Shown here: positions 38,712 to 52,254 of the stretch, piece by piece
How the letters are laid out: every line of letters starts with the position of its first letter
Position numbering within the stretch: position 1 is the stretch's first letter
From: Tubulanus polymorphus
Lineage: Eukaryota > Animalia > Nemertea
Reading direction: 5' to 3'
DNA length: 64,000 nt
Assembly (NCBI RefSeq): GCF_964204645.1
Contig: NC_134027.1
Location: 11,936,485 to 12,000,484, forward strand
Translations under genes and position numbers: made by a program
The notes under the pieces: generated by a model
What the model was told of the DNA's origin: nothing
Seen by the model: the letters and a program-made list of their open reading frames with translations, nothing else
Database searches by the model: none

Positions 38712-39761
38712 ATGCCTTCTAATTCTGCTACAACATTTAATGTCACTGATTATCTTAGCGCAACCTGTCCAATCAGAACAGTCTATATCCACGTGCATTA
38801 CATCTACCTATTCGGGATTGGTCCTCTATGCGTAATTGGACTGATTTTCAATTGTATAATTTTCCTGACAATCCGACACCGACAGCTGCGTGACACCGGT
38901 AACCAGACGAATTCGTTCTTGTTGCAACTGTTAGCGATTAGCGACAGTTGTTTTCTGCTGATTTCATTCGTATTTTTCGTCGTGCGACATTTGTACGAGC
39001 GACTGCGCTATGCAAACGAATTAACTGTTTACAGATTGAATGACGATGCAATCGGTTATGTGTTCTTTTTGGCTACGCTTTATCCGTATTTCTTCACCCA
39101 ACAGATCCGCAGTTGGGTCGTCGTCACAATGTCCGTTGATCGGTATTTGCACATTCGCTTCCCGTTTTTGGCTCGAAAAAGGGCCACAGTAAAATTGTAC
39201 AAGGCTGTTTTTCTGGTCAATGTCGTTACATCAGCGTTGGTTCATTTATTGACGGGGTACCTGAAGCACGGCGCTGTTCTAAAAACCCACCCATGTCTCC
39301 CAAGTCGGACCAGGTATTTCAAAACAACGCATTGGTTTATAAGCCAAGATTTTTTGAAATGGTTCAATAGTGTTTCGTATTTTGTATTTCTGGTCGGTTT
39401 GCCACTATTAGTTCTATGCTGCGTGAACACTTTACTGATTTTGGCTGTCAGGGGTGCCACAAAGTCATCCGAGTCCCTTGCCGCGAACGGCGATTCTGGT
39501 GATTCCCGCGCACAGAATCAAGCAACTTTAATGGTCATCGCTGCAGTAGCAGTATTCATACTATGCGAAAGCCCGTCTTGTATTGACCGCGTTGCCAGCC
39601 TCCTCTATAAATTTAGGCATTCATCGAGTTTTCTCAATTACGCCCGTAAGGTTAGCCTATTGCTGGTAGTTTTGGACTCGGTTCTCAATTTTCTGGCTTA
39701 CTGTTTATTCAGTAAAAGATTTAGAAATGACGTATTTCATTTTTTGATCCATACGCGATGA
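38712..39761 (+). CDS. Intronless class A GPCR, FMRFamide/peptide-receptor-like orphan
   Basis: 349 aa with seven hydrophobic segments; GLIFN, LAISD, SVDRY, FILCESP, LNFLAY, helix 8 SKRFR. Confidence 0.9.
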   Translation: MPSNSATTFNVTDYLSATCPIRTVYIHVHYIYLFGIGPLCVIGLIFNCIIFLTIRHRQLRDTGNQTNSFLLQLLAISDSCFLLISFVFFVVRHLYERLRYANELTVYRLNDDAIGYVFFLATLYPYFFTQQIRSWVVVTMSVDRYLHIRFPFLARKRATVKLYKAVFLVNVVTSALVHLLTGYLKHGAVLKTHPCLPSRTRYFKTTHWFISQDFLKWFNSVSYFVFLVGLPLLVLCCVNTLLILAVRGATKSSESLAANGDSGDSRAQNQATLMVIAAVAVFILCESPSCIDRVASLLYKFRHSSSFLNYARKVSLLLVVLDSVLNFLAYCLFSKRFRNDVFHFLIHTR

Positions 39762-40645
39762 CGTATAATAACCATTTCAAAAATGGCTGATCCACACTCT
39801 CGAAAGTACTCCTGTATGGTTACAAAAAAGAAGTCGATTTGTACTTAAATCAAACCTTAAACCTTTCTAGCCATAGGATTTTTTTTCTAGCCCGAGGCTT
39901 TTCAAAATATAACAAAACAACCAGAGGCTTTTCAAAATATAACAAAAGAACCCCTAATGTGCTCAGCGCTCACTATTGAATTTTCAATTTGAATTCTGAA
40001 AAATAATACACCTTGAAAATTTCCGGTCCAATGGGTGGAAAATTAAAGCTAAATAAGCACAAATTGTTTCCCATTTTCCGAGCCACTTTTTTACCAGTCT
40101 GCCTGTAAAAATTACCACCCTCTGCGACTTATTATGATGTAGATTTGAACATGCTGCACATGCGGAGACGGTCTTTTTGTTATTATTAAAAAATGTTGAC
40201 CGCTCGCGAACCCGAATACCCCCGAGCTATGCATTTATCAGCGAGGGAGTGACTTGATAAAAACTATGTTCAATGATGCCGCCACAACACGGATTCTTAT
40301 TTTATACCTTTTTGCCCGACCCTGTTTCGCCTGATCATTTGAAATAAAGTACCTTTTTAGCCTCATGACGATGTTATATGTTAGGGAATTGAGCAGAATG
40401 AAGCGTACACGCACGTTACGAATCTCTTTCCAGTAAGTAGGCCTACTCTGATATTTTTCATAGCGTTTGAAGAGCTATAATTCAATTTCTTTCCTTGATA
40501 AAAAATGTCAGTCGACGATCCAGGAATTATTGCAGCTGATACAATAAATTAGGAATATTTACACGGTATTTGATTTAGATAAATTCATCATGATTTAGTT
40601 ACCCTCAATTCTAATTAAACGGGCACTTAATGTGCGTAAGCACAA

Positions 40646-41724
40646 TAGACGTATTTAAGTTAGTAGTATCTGACTAGTGATTTTTTGAAGAAATATAGAT
40701 ATAAATCAACCATATGATATTCTGATTGGCCCCTTTTTTATTTTCTCAATTATCCACTAGCCAAGGGTGTACGCGAGTCCATCAAATTTTGTTTAAGTCC
40801 ATCAAATATTTTTTGAGTGCCCTTGCTCATTTTGTCAACAAAAATAATGTTGGTTTTGGGTGTCTTGGATTTATATTTCACCAGTGTTGCTTTTTCAAAT
40901 AGCCAGTAGTTAAATTCTACAGACACTGTTTGCTGCTATCAAGAGTAAATAGGGTCGTACAATTGAATATGTGAAATCTAAATCACTCACACTCACGTGT
41001 TGATCACGTATACGAAGAACGTATTGACAAATATTTGTTGCGAAATTCGGAGGATTTCTGATAGGAAAATGGCTAATTCATTCTAAATGTAAACATTGAT
41101 CATTATGTCAAAGGACATTACTTATTCTTAATGATGCATGTTATTGTTCGACTTCTAGTTTCAGGTGCGTTCGAAGCAATTTTTTAGACGTATTTAAGTT
41201 AGTAGTATCTGACTAGTGATTTTTTGAAGAAATATAGATATAAATCAACCATATGATATTCTGATTGGCCCCTTTTTTATTTTCTCAATTATCCACTAGC
41301 CAAGGGTGTACGCGAGTCCATCAAATTTTGTTTAAGTCCATCAAATATTTTTTGAGTGCCCTTGCTCATTTTGTCAACAAAAATAATGTTGGTTTTGGGT
41401 GTCTTGGATTTATATTTCACCAGTGTTGCTTTTTCAAATAGCCAGTAGTTAAATTCTACAGACACTGTTTGCTGCTATCAAGAGTTAATAGGGTCGTACA
41501 ATTGAATATGTGAAATCTAAATCACTCACACTCACGTGTTGATCACGTATACGAAGAACGTATTGACAAATATTTGTTGCGAAATTCGGAGGATTTCTGA
41601 TAGGAAAATGGCTAATTCATTCTAAATGTAAACATTGATCATTATGTCAAAGGACATTACTTATTCTTAATGATGCATGTTATTGTTCGACTTCTAGTTT
41701 CAGGTGCGTTCGAAGCAATTTTTT
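40646..41724. repeat. Near-perfect two-copy tandem duplication, 539-bp unit
   Basis: TAGACGTATTTAAGTTAGTAG starts at 40646 and 41185; only one substitution noticed (GAGTAAATAG / GAGTTAATAG). Confidence 0.92.
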
Positions 41725-41832
41725 ATTGCCGCAGCTAATTGCCGATTTTTGAAAAGTTCTTCTACATTATGTAATATGTTGTCGCGGCAAATTTTCTTCA
41801 ATTTCTTTAAAACATGGTACATGTATTAAAAA

Positions 41833-42620
41833 ACTAGGGGTCCAGGGACACCATGCCCATTTGGGAAGTGGTTTCAAATGCTCAACAACCAATATACAAT
41901 GTTCAACGCCCCCTGGTGACCATATACAAAAACAAATGACATTGAAACTCACCACAATCAAAGATGTCAGCTGCTACGATTTTGTAATTGATTGTGATAA
42001 AAAATAGTCCCGAGTACCAATATAAGGAAATACTAAGTTATTCTACTATTCAACACCCCAGGGTCTTCTATGACGTCACCAATGCCGCTGCGTCACGATG
42101 TGATTTACAAGGGACCTCCAATTATCGTGGTCAACAGTAAGTTCCTCCAGGAAAGTTAACGTTTTGCTATGCGTCAAATTAAAATCAAGTTCTATATCCA
42201 CAAGGGCTAGGTGATCACGGATTATTGACAACTTTGCAATTGATAGCAATATGCATAGGTACGAATATAATATAGAAATACTAAATTATTGTATTATTCA
42301 ACGCCTCCTGGTGGCCATATTCAAAAACCAATGATCTTGAAACTCACCACAATTATAGAACATGTTATGAGTTACAACTAAAAATGTGTAAAAAGTGCTG
42401 ATTTTGGCAAAACAATGACTGCCAGTCGGCCATCTTGATTCTGACAGGGCCAGTTTTAGGGCTGAAGATGTGTATAGGGTAGATACATGTGTAATCCAAA
42501 TATCAAGACATTACATTGAAGCGTCTCTAAAACTTCCCAAAATAACTGGATTCCGTCAACGAACGGATGAAAAGTGAACACAATAGCCCGCTGGGACTTA
42601 AGTTCCTAGTGGGCTAAAAA
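41833..42620. mobile_element. HINE-family copy, internally deleted and diverged
   Basis: Same 5' end and terminal hairpin as 29270-30407; unrelated segment at ~42060-42230. Confidence 0.75.
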
Positions 42621-42986
42621 AACATCACTCAGTAAGTTTTGCCATGGCTTTCGCACTGCCCTTCCAACGCCAAGGAAATGAAACCGAAAATACCTCAACT
42701 TCAAAGAACACATCAGTTTATTTTACATACCGTAATCTTTTACAAGTCTGTCATTTACATTGCCTACGAAACATTTACAACAAAGTCTTATCATAATTTT
42801 AACTGAAGCACACATAGCATCAAGGTACCGCAACAGGTTACGCATAACTTCTATTGTTGAATATTTGGGCAAAGAAGGCCCAAATCACAGCATGGATCTG
42901 GACACATAAATGATGTAGAAGACACCGCTGAAGCCTAGATAACGTTGCACTTTATCACAGTCAATAACCAAGAATAGTGGTGCGCC

Positions 42987-43050
42987 TTAGTGCTGCGTCC
43001 ATTTGATTTCCTTCAGATTCACCCCTTCCTGGACCATCTCCCACAAAGGA
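42987..43050 (-). CDS. NFS1: NFS1 last exon
   Basis: [20 protein letters not shown]; AATAAA at 42717-42722 on the minus strand. Confidence 0.93.
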
Positions 43051-46000
43051 CTGAAAGAAAAGAATTTTCATAGTTCGCTAAAAAACTATGGTAGAGTCCT
43101 GTCAACCCAATTGAGTCAGTAAGCTATTAAGCGGGTGTGGGAGGCAATATGAGGCAATCAGTGATTTTAAGCGTATGCAGTGGTATCTGCACTGCTACTG
43201 CGGCAAGTAAGGATGCACTAGGTTAGCTAGTGGTTACTAGGTTACTGTGCTTCAATTTCTTCTAAATTGCAATTAAATTAGATTTGGAGCATTAAAATTC
43301 AAAATTCACTGAAAATGAACTAATTTTCACTAAATGTATTGTCGAGCCAACTGGTATCAGCTGCAGTTGCCTGAATGATTTTGAATGATCATTATCTGAA
43401 ACATACTCGGCACGTACCTCATTTCGCGGAGTTTCGTAACGTGGTTGATGATTTTATCGGCGGTAAAATCTATTTCCGCTTCCGTCGTGAATCGTCCAAT
43501 ACCGAACCTGTCAACCAGGTAACAACAAGCCATTACAAACCTAGCTAATTAACGGATGATGCTTAATGGAGAATGTTTTTCATAATAAGAAAACGTACCT
43601 GATCGAAGAATGTGCCAGATCTTCATCAGCTCCTATAGCTCGGAGTACGTATGATGGTTCCAGTGATGCAGATGTACATGCGCTGAAACAGATCAACCGG
43701 AATTTAACGCTAACCACTACCGTTTGATGAGTAAAAATAATATCACGGACTTTCGAATTTGATCCCCAATCCGGATATTATTGTCTACGACAATAAAGCT
43801 ACTCATGTAGAACATGAATGATGTTTCATCCAGATTTTTATTAACAGTTAAAGATTCATTTGTCCTGTCAAATGATCCGGTTTAAGCAGACTCTTCAGTA
43901 TCAAACCTCGATACAACCAACTTCAGGGGACCAGAAAATCTGTCCATGGTAGCCGATAGTTCCTTATATCCATCAGTATGAAAATAATCAAATTGTCTTA
44001 CTTGGGACACAAGTTATAATTGTAATATCTGATGAATCGTTGTGTCCAAGTTCATCAAAACGAAGTTCTACTGTACACCTCTACCGGTTTACACGTATCA
44101 AATGTATCAAATTATCTCATCATTCACAAAAATGCCTTAGACAATTATCCAGAAAACTAGGGGTCCAGGTCCACCATGCTCATTAGGTGAAATGTTTGAC
44201 AATTTCAACATCGAACACCTCCTGGTGAATATACTAGTAAACAGTAATCAAACAGCAATGAACTTGTCATGAGCTACAACTTCGCAATCGATTGTGGTTA
44301 CAAAATTTGAGAATATGGACGGACAATGAACGAAAAGTGAACGCAATAGCCTGCTGGGGCTTCGCCAGCTCACCTGCCCGACGATAGAGCCACATCTTTC
44401 AGAGCCATTAGCAAACTTTCGCCTTCTACGTAAGCAAATGAAATATTCACGCAACCTGCATACGTGCTGTCTCGATCACCATTGATGACAATATGGGACA
44501 ATTCATCGGTTATCCTCTTAATCAACCGATCGGAAAGATTCGATATACGCTTGTGATCGTACTGAAAAATAACATCAGGATAAGATTAACGACCTCCTGC
44601 CACGTTGATGTTATACAGCTACTGTATTTACGCGATATAAGAAACATTGTACTATCATTCAGTAAAATTAGAAATGACGTTTTATTTAGTGCAGTAAAAG
44701 CTTATAAGGTAACAGGGTTCAATAATTTGGTTTAACCATAATCAACTTTTCAACAACGCGTGTGTCCATGAGATCTTATTTGCAATCCAATGCACATATT
44801 TCAACCTGGTTACTTGACTTATGGCAGCGAGGTAGGTGCTTTCCCTGCTTATGGTAACTGCTTATTATAGCCATGTTTGTTTGGCTGATTCTTCCATGCC
44901 GTGGTCAATTTTCACTTGATCAGAATCTATCATGTTCGTGCCCAGGATTGGTCTTACAGAGTATACTCGACTAACAGTTCTTATCAGCTCTGGATATTGC
45001 CATATTTCGATTCATGGAATTTTACGAGGCCATGACTATGGCATGGATATATGCTGTCAAATTTTCATATTTTTCAAGCCATCAAGGCAGCGTTCAAAAA
45101 GGACGTACTTCGAAATCTCCTGATTTTCTGACCCCCATGTACCAACTTTGCACCAAATTTTCTTACCTTCGGTACGTTACGTACCATGCATATACCCCAA
45201 CCCCTCCCCCAGTAAGTGATGTATTCTTGGCACCGCAAACAAAATACATGTACATGTTCCGAATGGCTATACCGATTATTACAAGTATTTGTAGGAGCTA
45301 ACATACTGCTTGGGTGGTATAAAACAACGATCCCAATAAATTATAAGTAAAACGCAAACATTTGTTCTTATTATCAATTCATTTTACCATTCATGTAATA
45401 ACACAAATAGGTTATTTCTATTTGAGTTTACAGGGCTCATTCATTGACAACATACGCATTAGGGGAGGGGGAGGAAAAAGTCAAATTTCATGCATATGTA
45501 ATAAATGAATGATCCCACAAGAAAGCACAAACTTGTGATACGTGAAAATAAACTGGGAATGAGCAAATCTGTATCAGGATAAATTTGGATTTTCTCATGA
45601 ATTTTGTGAGGAATTAGACACTGCATAGTGAAATTCCTGAGTGCTAATGGGTTCTACTAAGTCAGTAACCAGTCTGTGGTATAAAGATTATTGATTGTCA
45701 GTGCATGTCAACAGATATTAGGCCTTTTTTTAAAATTGCTTGCAGCACAGATCCGGCGCTGTCGTTTCCGTCAATTTGGGAAAAAAGAAACATTTTTCAT
45801 TTTTAATTTTTCCCTTCACCCGTGCTGAAAATCCGTAACTTTTAAAAAAATAAAAAATATTTCTATTTTTTCCCGCCCGCCGTTCTGCAATGACCGCTAA
45901 ATTAGAGTAAAAAATAAAATTTTATGTTTTTCCGTCCTCCTGTCGTGTCTTTTTTCAACGTCCCCGATGTTTGTCATCGAGGTTTCTTTCGGTAAATAGT

Positions 46001-49000
46001 AGGATTTCGGCAAGCGATAATGGCGGCGGCAGCTTTCCAACTCATTTGTCGGAAAGGAAGCAAAGAGCTTGACAGGCGACTGTCAAGGCTGTCACATGGT
46101 CTTAGGGTGTCTGATGTGGCATCGATGGTAGATACAGATGGCGGAAAGGTGGTGAGAGTGGAGGGAGGCGCCACAGCAGAGTCCAAGACGATGAAAGATG
46201 GAGAAAGAGGCAGAGGCATTATGCAAGACTGTGCGTCCAATTTGCATTACGTGCCTTGATGCTGGACTGTGCGTGGTTGGGAGGGGCAAAAAATAAGGAA
46301 ATCAATAAGATTGTGTTCTGTTCCGAAATAAAGAAATATGTGATTTAACAATTTTATATTTTTTCTTTTATACCTCCAGGATATCCCATAATAGCAGGCA
46401 ATAAATGGGAAAATTTTTATTTTTTGTTTGTTTTTCTTCCCTTCACCCTTTCAGATTATGTGATGAAACTCCTGTTTGAAATGAAAAAAAATAAAATTTT
46501 TTTTAAAATTTTTTTTCCCTTCACCCTTCCACTTTTTACAAGGTCTTTAGGAAAAAATTTTTTTTCAATTTTTTATTTTTTTCCCTCCACCCTTCCATTT
46601 TTTGGGTAATAAAATCCATGCTGCAAGCAATTTAAAAAAAAGGCCTTAGTTCTAAATGTTCCCCTCCCAATGCAAAATATTCAACACAAAAGCGGTTATA
46701 GTGAGATTCAAACCCAATAGCTAATGATAACCTAGACACCTAAGTCCTCAGAATTCCGTATAGAAATAAACATCTTCCTTATTTGAAATTGTCGGTTTTT
46801 CGAGTATGAACATGACAGATCTAAGTGCTCACTTATATCCGAGTAAGTTTGGATGAATTTCGGCGGCCTAAGTCACGATTTTGGTGGCCCACACATCAAA
46901 TCTTATATCATATGAAAGCCTTGAATATTACTACGAAATTACACAAACTTGTAATACATGAAAACAAACTGGAAATGAGCCGATTCTGCTTTGCGTTGAA
47001 TGTGAATTTTCCCTTCTATTTACCAAGGAGTAATAATCTACATAGTGAAATTCCTTAGTGCTAATGGGATAACCAGGTATTCAATGAAAATATGATGTTT
47101 TGATTTTCACAGAATATCTTCGATATCGCTTTTGACGCATCAAATCAACATTTAGTATTGATAGTACAGCGTATATCCATGACCGGCTTTGTTTTGTCAA
47201 ATATGATGTTTTGGTGAGCTTATGTATTTTTGACAGGTAAATTTGATCCTTTAGTTTTGACAGTATATTCATGCCTTAAACCGAGTTTACCAAAGGAATA
47301 GCAGACTAAATTCATTAACAGACATATCAGTTATCCAGGCAATCGATTTCCTTGATAATGAATGTCAGAGAAAGTTTGAAATAATCAAACTGGAAAAAAA
47401 TTTTCATGTCAAGTTTGATACATTAGTTTCTGTGGTTAATTTGAAATTCATGACTTGATAATAAATTCACCACTGAATCTATTTTCACTATGTTAACAGA
47501 AATTGACTACTTACAGCCATTTCTTTTCGAGATATTTCACAAGCAGCACCCAATCCTACAACTAACGGTGCCGGAACCGTACCACTGCGCATACCACGTT
47601 CCTGTCCACCGCCGCTCTGAATGGCTTCCACTCGCACTCGGGGTCGCCGGCGAACATATAAAGCTCCGATTCCTTTCGGTCCGTATATCTTGTGTCCGCT
47701 TATAGACATCAGATCAATGTTCATTTGATTTACATCCAGTGGAATTTTGCCGACAGCTTGAGCGGCGTCGGTGTGGAAAAATATTTTGTTTGCGCGTGCA
47801 ATTTTCCCTGTAAATATCAGAATTACTTATGAACATAGAAGAATCTCTTCAGTCAATAGATGCAGGGATGATGTAGGGTGTTCGCAATGACCAGCAGGGA
47901 CTCGCAGCGTCGTTGCCCGAGCAACTGGAGGTCGCGAGCGGGGGATGTCCCCCTCATGTTTAGAAAATTTTATGAAAATTTACCATTAATTGACACAATT
48001 TCAGCGAAATTGCACCAGTAGCATCTGACTGAAACATGGTCACAGTCCCGGACGCAGCCACAAGTCTTAAACCGGCCCCGGCCTCACGTCAGATACATGG
48101 GCCGGTTCTGCTTTTTTTGTGTTACGCATTCAACCCAGTTAAAGTACTAATACAATGTTTATGATTTAAAGATACAGATATGATAGATAGATATGATAGA
48201 TACAGATTAGATACAGTAATGGCCCCGATTTGTGACCCCGATTTACACTGTTTTCAAGAATGATGGAAGTGAAACTGAAAGGTCGGAAATCCGTCTTTAG
48301 ATGGAAGATTTTCATCCCTGTAGATGTCACCCGCTCGTTTTTAAATCAAAATATTAGAGTGGTGACATGCAGGTATTCCATATTTTTGGTTATCGTCATG
48401 GTGTTGTCCACAATGGCCACCCCTATCATTTTAACAGACACCCCTCTGAAAGTCAAGTCATTCCGAGAGATCAAAAGCCTTTCTACTTCAGCAGCACGTT
48501 GTGATGATATACTTCAAAATAAATGCAGCCCCTTTGGGATTCCAGCATATGGAGAAAACTTTATCTATAACAAAATTTTGAACAACTGGCTCCTGGTCTC
48601 TGCTTACACGTATTGAAAAATCAAATCTTCATATCAAGATTGTCACACCTACCTATTTCTTCAATTGGCTGCACAACGCCAATCTCATTGTTAACAGTCA
48701 TTATGGAAATCAAGCTTGTATCGGGGCGAATACTTTGTTTCAACATCTGAAGTGAAATATAGGAATTTCAAAATACAGGAAAGCATTATGCAACTATATC
48801 TGACCCCTATTTACTGGGAGTAAACTGCATTGGAGACAGCAAATTATCTATTCGTTATATCGCAATTGAACCTGTAAGCCGCAAAATTAATTTTTCACTT
48901 ACGTTAACTCGGCATGCCATTGTGTAGTAAATTTAATCAATTTAATCACAAATGACAATATCTTTACAAAACCCACTAACTGGACTGCTTCATATGTACT

Positions 49001-51898
49001 AAAGAATTGGAACTAAATTATCCAAACAGTGTGAATGTTGAATCACTGTCTGGTATTTACATTAGCTTGTTGTATCCACAAAGCTGATAAGGTAATGGTG
49101 TCACATGGTTTTCTACACAGTTGACAGGTTTAACTTACCTCTAAGTCAATAAGTCCATTTGTTTTCACTGGAAGGTATGTAACATCAATGCCTTCACTTT
49201 CCAATACGCGGCAAGAATCCAATACGCACTTATGTTCCTAAAAGATAGAGCAAAAAGAAGTCTTTCCAATCAAACTACCTAGCTTGAACAATTTGTAACG
49301 AATTTCAAAATCATAAAATTTCTTTTTTTCTTAGATCACTATTTTCCTTTGGACACAATTAGGTAACTATTGCTTCAAACCAGGTCTTGATCTAATACAT
49401 CAGACTCTGCTAGCGGGTACATAACTTTTATCTGAGGCAAGGGAATCCCCGGCCAGTTGGAGTGACAAGGGTTGCCATCACATGATTTGGAATAGGAATA
49501 TTCTAAATCTTTTCTACAGGCATGTGATAATCCGAGGTAAGCAGAGTCAAACTGCAGATAATTAATGTATTTTTCGATAATTTAATACACAAGAGACATG
49601 ATGCCAGGAACAAATATCACGAGCGTCGGGCTAACTTATTATGTTGCAGTTTATCCCCAGTTCTTGGTTAGATTCAACTCAAGAGTTTAACTAATTCATA
49701 ACTGTGATACTTTAACTCTAGAATAAAATCTTTATTTGCAACAAAAGGGCTCATTTGCGAAGCTGTGAACGTAGTCCAAAATTGGTCTTAAGACTAGTCT
49801 TATTTTTGTGGGATTGGCTATGCAACTAAGTTGGTCTTAGACTGTTCATATGTCAAAGCCAAGGTGCAACTGGCCCCTGGGTTATATACATCGTTGGAGA
49901 TTCATCTATTTCACATTACACGTACTTACTGTTTGAGTTGTGATAACATGTTTTTTTCGACTCTTGTAAAAGCGCCCGACACCCTTGACGGCGATGTTAT
50001 TCGATTCAGTAGCACCACTTGTGAAGATGATCTCCTTCGGATCAGCGCCGATTATGCTGGCAACTTGCTGCAATCAAAAACACAACTTTTCGGTATTCTA
50101 TATTCCCTGAATGAAGAGGGTTGACATATCCACTATCTTTTACAGGGTTTCTAGTGGTAGGGCCATGGTAAAAAGAAGTTCTAAGTACTAAAGACGGTTT
50201 CGGCAATTTTAGACTCAAAAGGAGAGACTCTTGGACTAGGAATGAAATTCTTTCCAGTAAAATGAGGGCGGCCCATAGGTGCCATTTTAGCAATGCCTTC
50301 ACCGGAATATTAGTCATTAAGACCGGTCATACATTTCAGGGTAATTCCATAACACTTTCCTGTACAATTACATGTATATTCAATCTTACTGATTGAATTA
50401 ACAGGCCTTAAATTACTTCATCAGTCGAATTTTCAACAAAATTACATTCGAAAAATATATAAAAATTAAATTTGGAAGGACTTTTTATAAAAAATGAAGG
50501 ACAAAGATGATGTGTGTCCAAACTTTTTCCAAAAGAAGGACTTGGAAGGACTGCTGAAAACCCTGTTTTACATTTTTTACAAGCAAAACAAATGAATTAC
50601 TGACTAAAAAGTCTATTCAAAATGCTAGAAATATTTCGGGCGGTCACTACCAGCCTTCTTCAAGTCTAAAATAACCCTTCAAATAAATACACAGTATGTG
50701 TATAAGCCTATATTTCATATACCCCAGTAGGCCTACATATTTACACAGAAACTTAAGGGAAATTTAAGCAAAAATATTCTACCTTTCTTGCATGTTCAAC
50801 AGCTGCCTCAGTTTCCCATCCATAAGCGTGAGTTCTAGAATGTGGATTACCATAAAACGACACTTCATAAGGGAGCATTGCGTCTATAACCCTAGGATCC
50901 TTATGTCACAAAAAAAAGAATAACAAACAAGTAAGAAAACATTTCAACATGAACTCAAATCCCTACATCCTTTATACTCCTTTCAGACCTCAAAATGAAT
51001 TAAAGGTTTATCAGTAATGCTACAGCAGTCAAATATGCCTGGGAGTGCTTAACAATAGCATCTTCACTTCACCCTTTTAAAACAAATTGCACTTTGTTAA
51101 TGTAGACCCGATTGAGATGATGATATAGTTATGTGACGACTTAACTGAATACGATTGATATCAACCTGCTCATAATTCCTCCTATACTTATAGTCGTTCA
51201 ATACATCTTTTTCCATTTCTGCTCATTCATGTATGCAAGGAACCTTATTTTATACATGGTTCCCACAGTTATATGAATTCAAAATTACAAAGTTTTTCCC
51301 AAGTATTTCATGGGTGATTTTTCAATTTTCCAAAATGGAAATCAACACATATTGTCATGCTACGGTCAACATTTCAGTGGTGACTTGTTGATTAAGGTGA
51401 TTCTCAAGGGAAATCGCTGAAGAAAGTTGCCCTTTCGCAAATGCAATATGTGAAATTTAAAGAATTTCCCAAATACTTCCCTAATTTGAGGAAAATTTTT
51501 CAAATCCCCAAATACTTCCAAACTGGGAATTATTATTTCAAAATTCCCAAGTTTTTCCCAATTTCCCTGTTCTGTGGGAACCATGTTTATAGTATTGAAA
51601 TCTAATTTATGTACACTTGAAGGTGAACTGATCTAGGGAATTTCAACTCATGCAAGAAGATCGCCAGAGCCAAGAAAATGATATTCAATCGACAATAAAG
51701 ACCAGAATGAAAATATCATTATTCCAAAAATTCCATAACTTTCACCGAGTTGAGCTGAAATTCCCTGACTGCAGGAAACCTGTGATTATAAAATAATGTG
51801 GCATACCATGGGTGTAGTAGACTGCACATCTAGGTAAAGGGGCCGAATATTGGGAATTTCCTTTGCTGGTGTCTCATAATCATCTTGATTCTTCACAT
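42987..51898 (-). CDS. NFS1: Cysteine desulfurase NFS1 (IscS family), 10 coding exons identified; N-terminal exon(s) lie further upstream
   Basis: Ten GT-AG exons join in frame (~419 aa). Motifs: [53 protein letters not shown] (PLP lysine), SSGSACTS (catalytic Cys), C-terminal IKWTQH*. Confidence 0.96.
43418..43507 (-). CDS. NFS1: NFS1 exon
   Basis: [29 protein letters not shown]; AG/GT boundaries. Confidence 0.93.
43599..43682 (-). CDS. NFS1: NFS1 exon (catalytic Cys)
   Basis: [27 protein letters not shown]. Confidence 0.94.
44156..44368. mobile_element. Short, old HINE-family relic in an NFS1 intron
   Basis: ACTAGGGGTCCAGG start, part of the core repeat, GGACGGAC, AAAGTGAACGCAATAGCC end. 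Confidence 0.65.
44374..44561 (-). CDS. NFS1: NFS1 exon
   Basis: [10 protein letters not shown]...[27 protein letters not shown]. Confidence 0.94.
45721..46645. mobile_element. Non-autonomous TIR element, TTA TSD (Zator- or PIF/Harbinger-like)
   Basis: TTA|GGCCTTTTTTTAAAATTGCTTGCAGCA ... TGCTGCAAGCAATTTAAAAAAAAGGCC|TTA. Confidence 0.85.
47515..47807 (-). CDS. NFS1: NFS1 exon (PLP-binding Lys)
   Basis: [12 protein letters not shown]...[10 protein letters not shown]...[12 protein letters not shown]. Confidence 0.96.
48653..48746 (-). CDS. NFS1: NFS1 exon
   Basis: [31 protein letters not shown]. Confidence 0.93.
49139..49237 (-). CDS. NFS1: NFS1 exon
   Basis: [33 protein letters not shown]. 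Confidence 0.93.
49930..50067 (-). CDS. NFS1: NFS1 exon
   Basis: [46 protein letters not shown]. Confidence 0.94.
50783..50899 (-). CDS. NFS1: NFS1 exon
   Basis: [39 protein letters not shown]. Confidence 0.94.
51255..51585. mobile_element. MITE with perfect 14-bp TIR
   Basis: CATGGTTCCCACAG ... CTGTGGGAACCATG, with TTTATA on both flanks. Confidence 0.8.
51807..51898 (-). CDS. NFS1: NFS1 most 5' confidently identified exon (phase-1 acceptor)
   Basis: ATTACAG|AT; [30 protein letters not shown]; donor ATG|GTATG. Confidence 0.88.
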
Positions 51899-52254
51899 CT
51901 GTAATTAAAATCTAAAAAATTCACCCGAGTGATCACAGTGTATGCGTTAAATTACATCATCTTGATGGCAAATAAAATCGTTGCTATTATCTCCTAAAAT
52001 ACTAAGTTATTGTATTATTCAACGCCCCCTGGTGGCCATAAACAAAATCCTATGATCTTGAAACTCACCACATTCATAGAACATGTTATGAGCTACAACT
52101 TTGCAATTGATTGTGGTAACAAAATATGCTTAGTTATCATTCAATATAATGTGGAAAAACTCTTTTCCACCTACGAATGAGTACTGATGACACCACGATT
52201 GCCACCAATTGCATCATAATTGGCTGATCAAAAATACCTGTCTCAGGTATCTTT

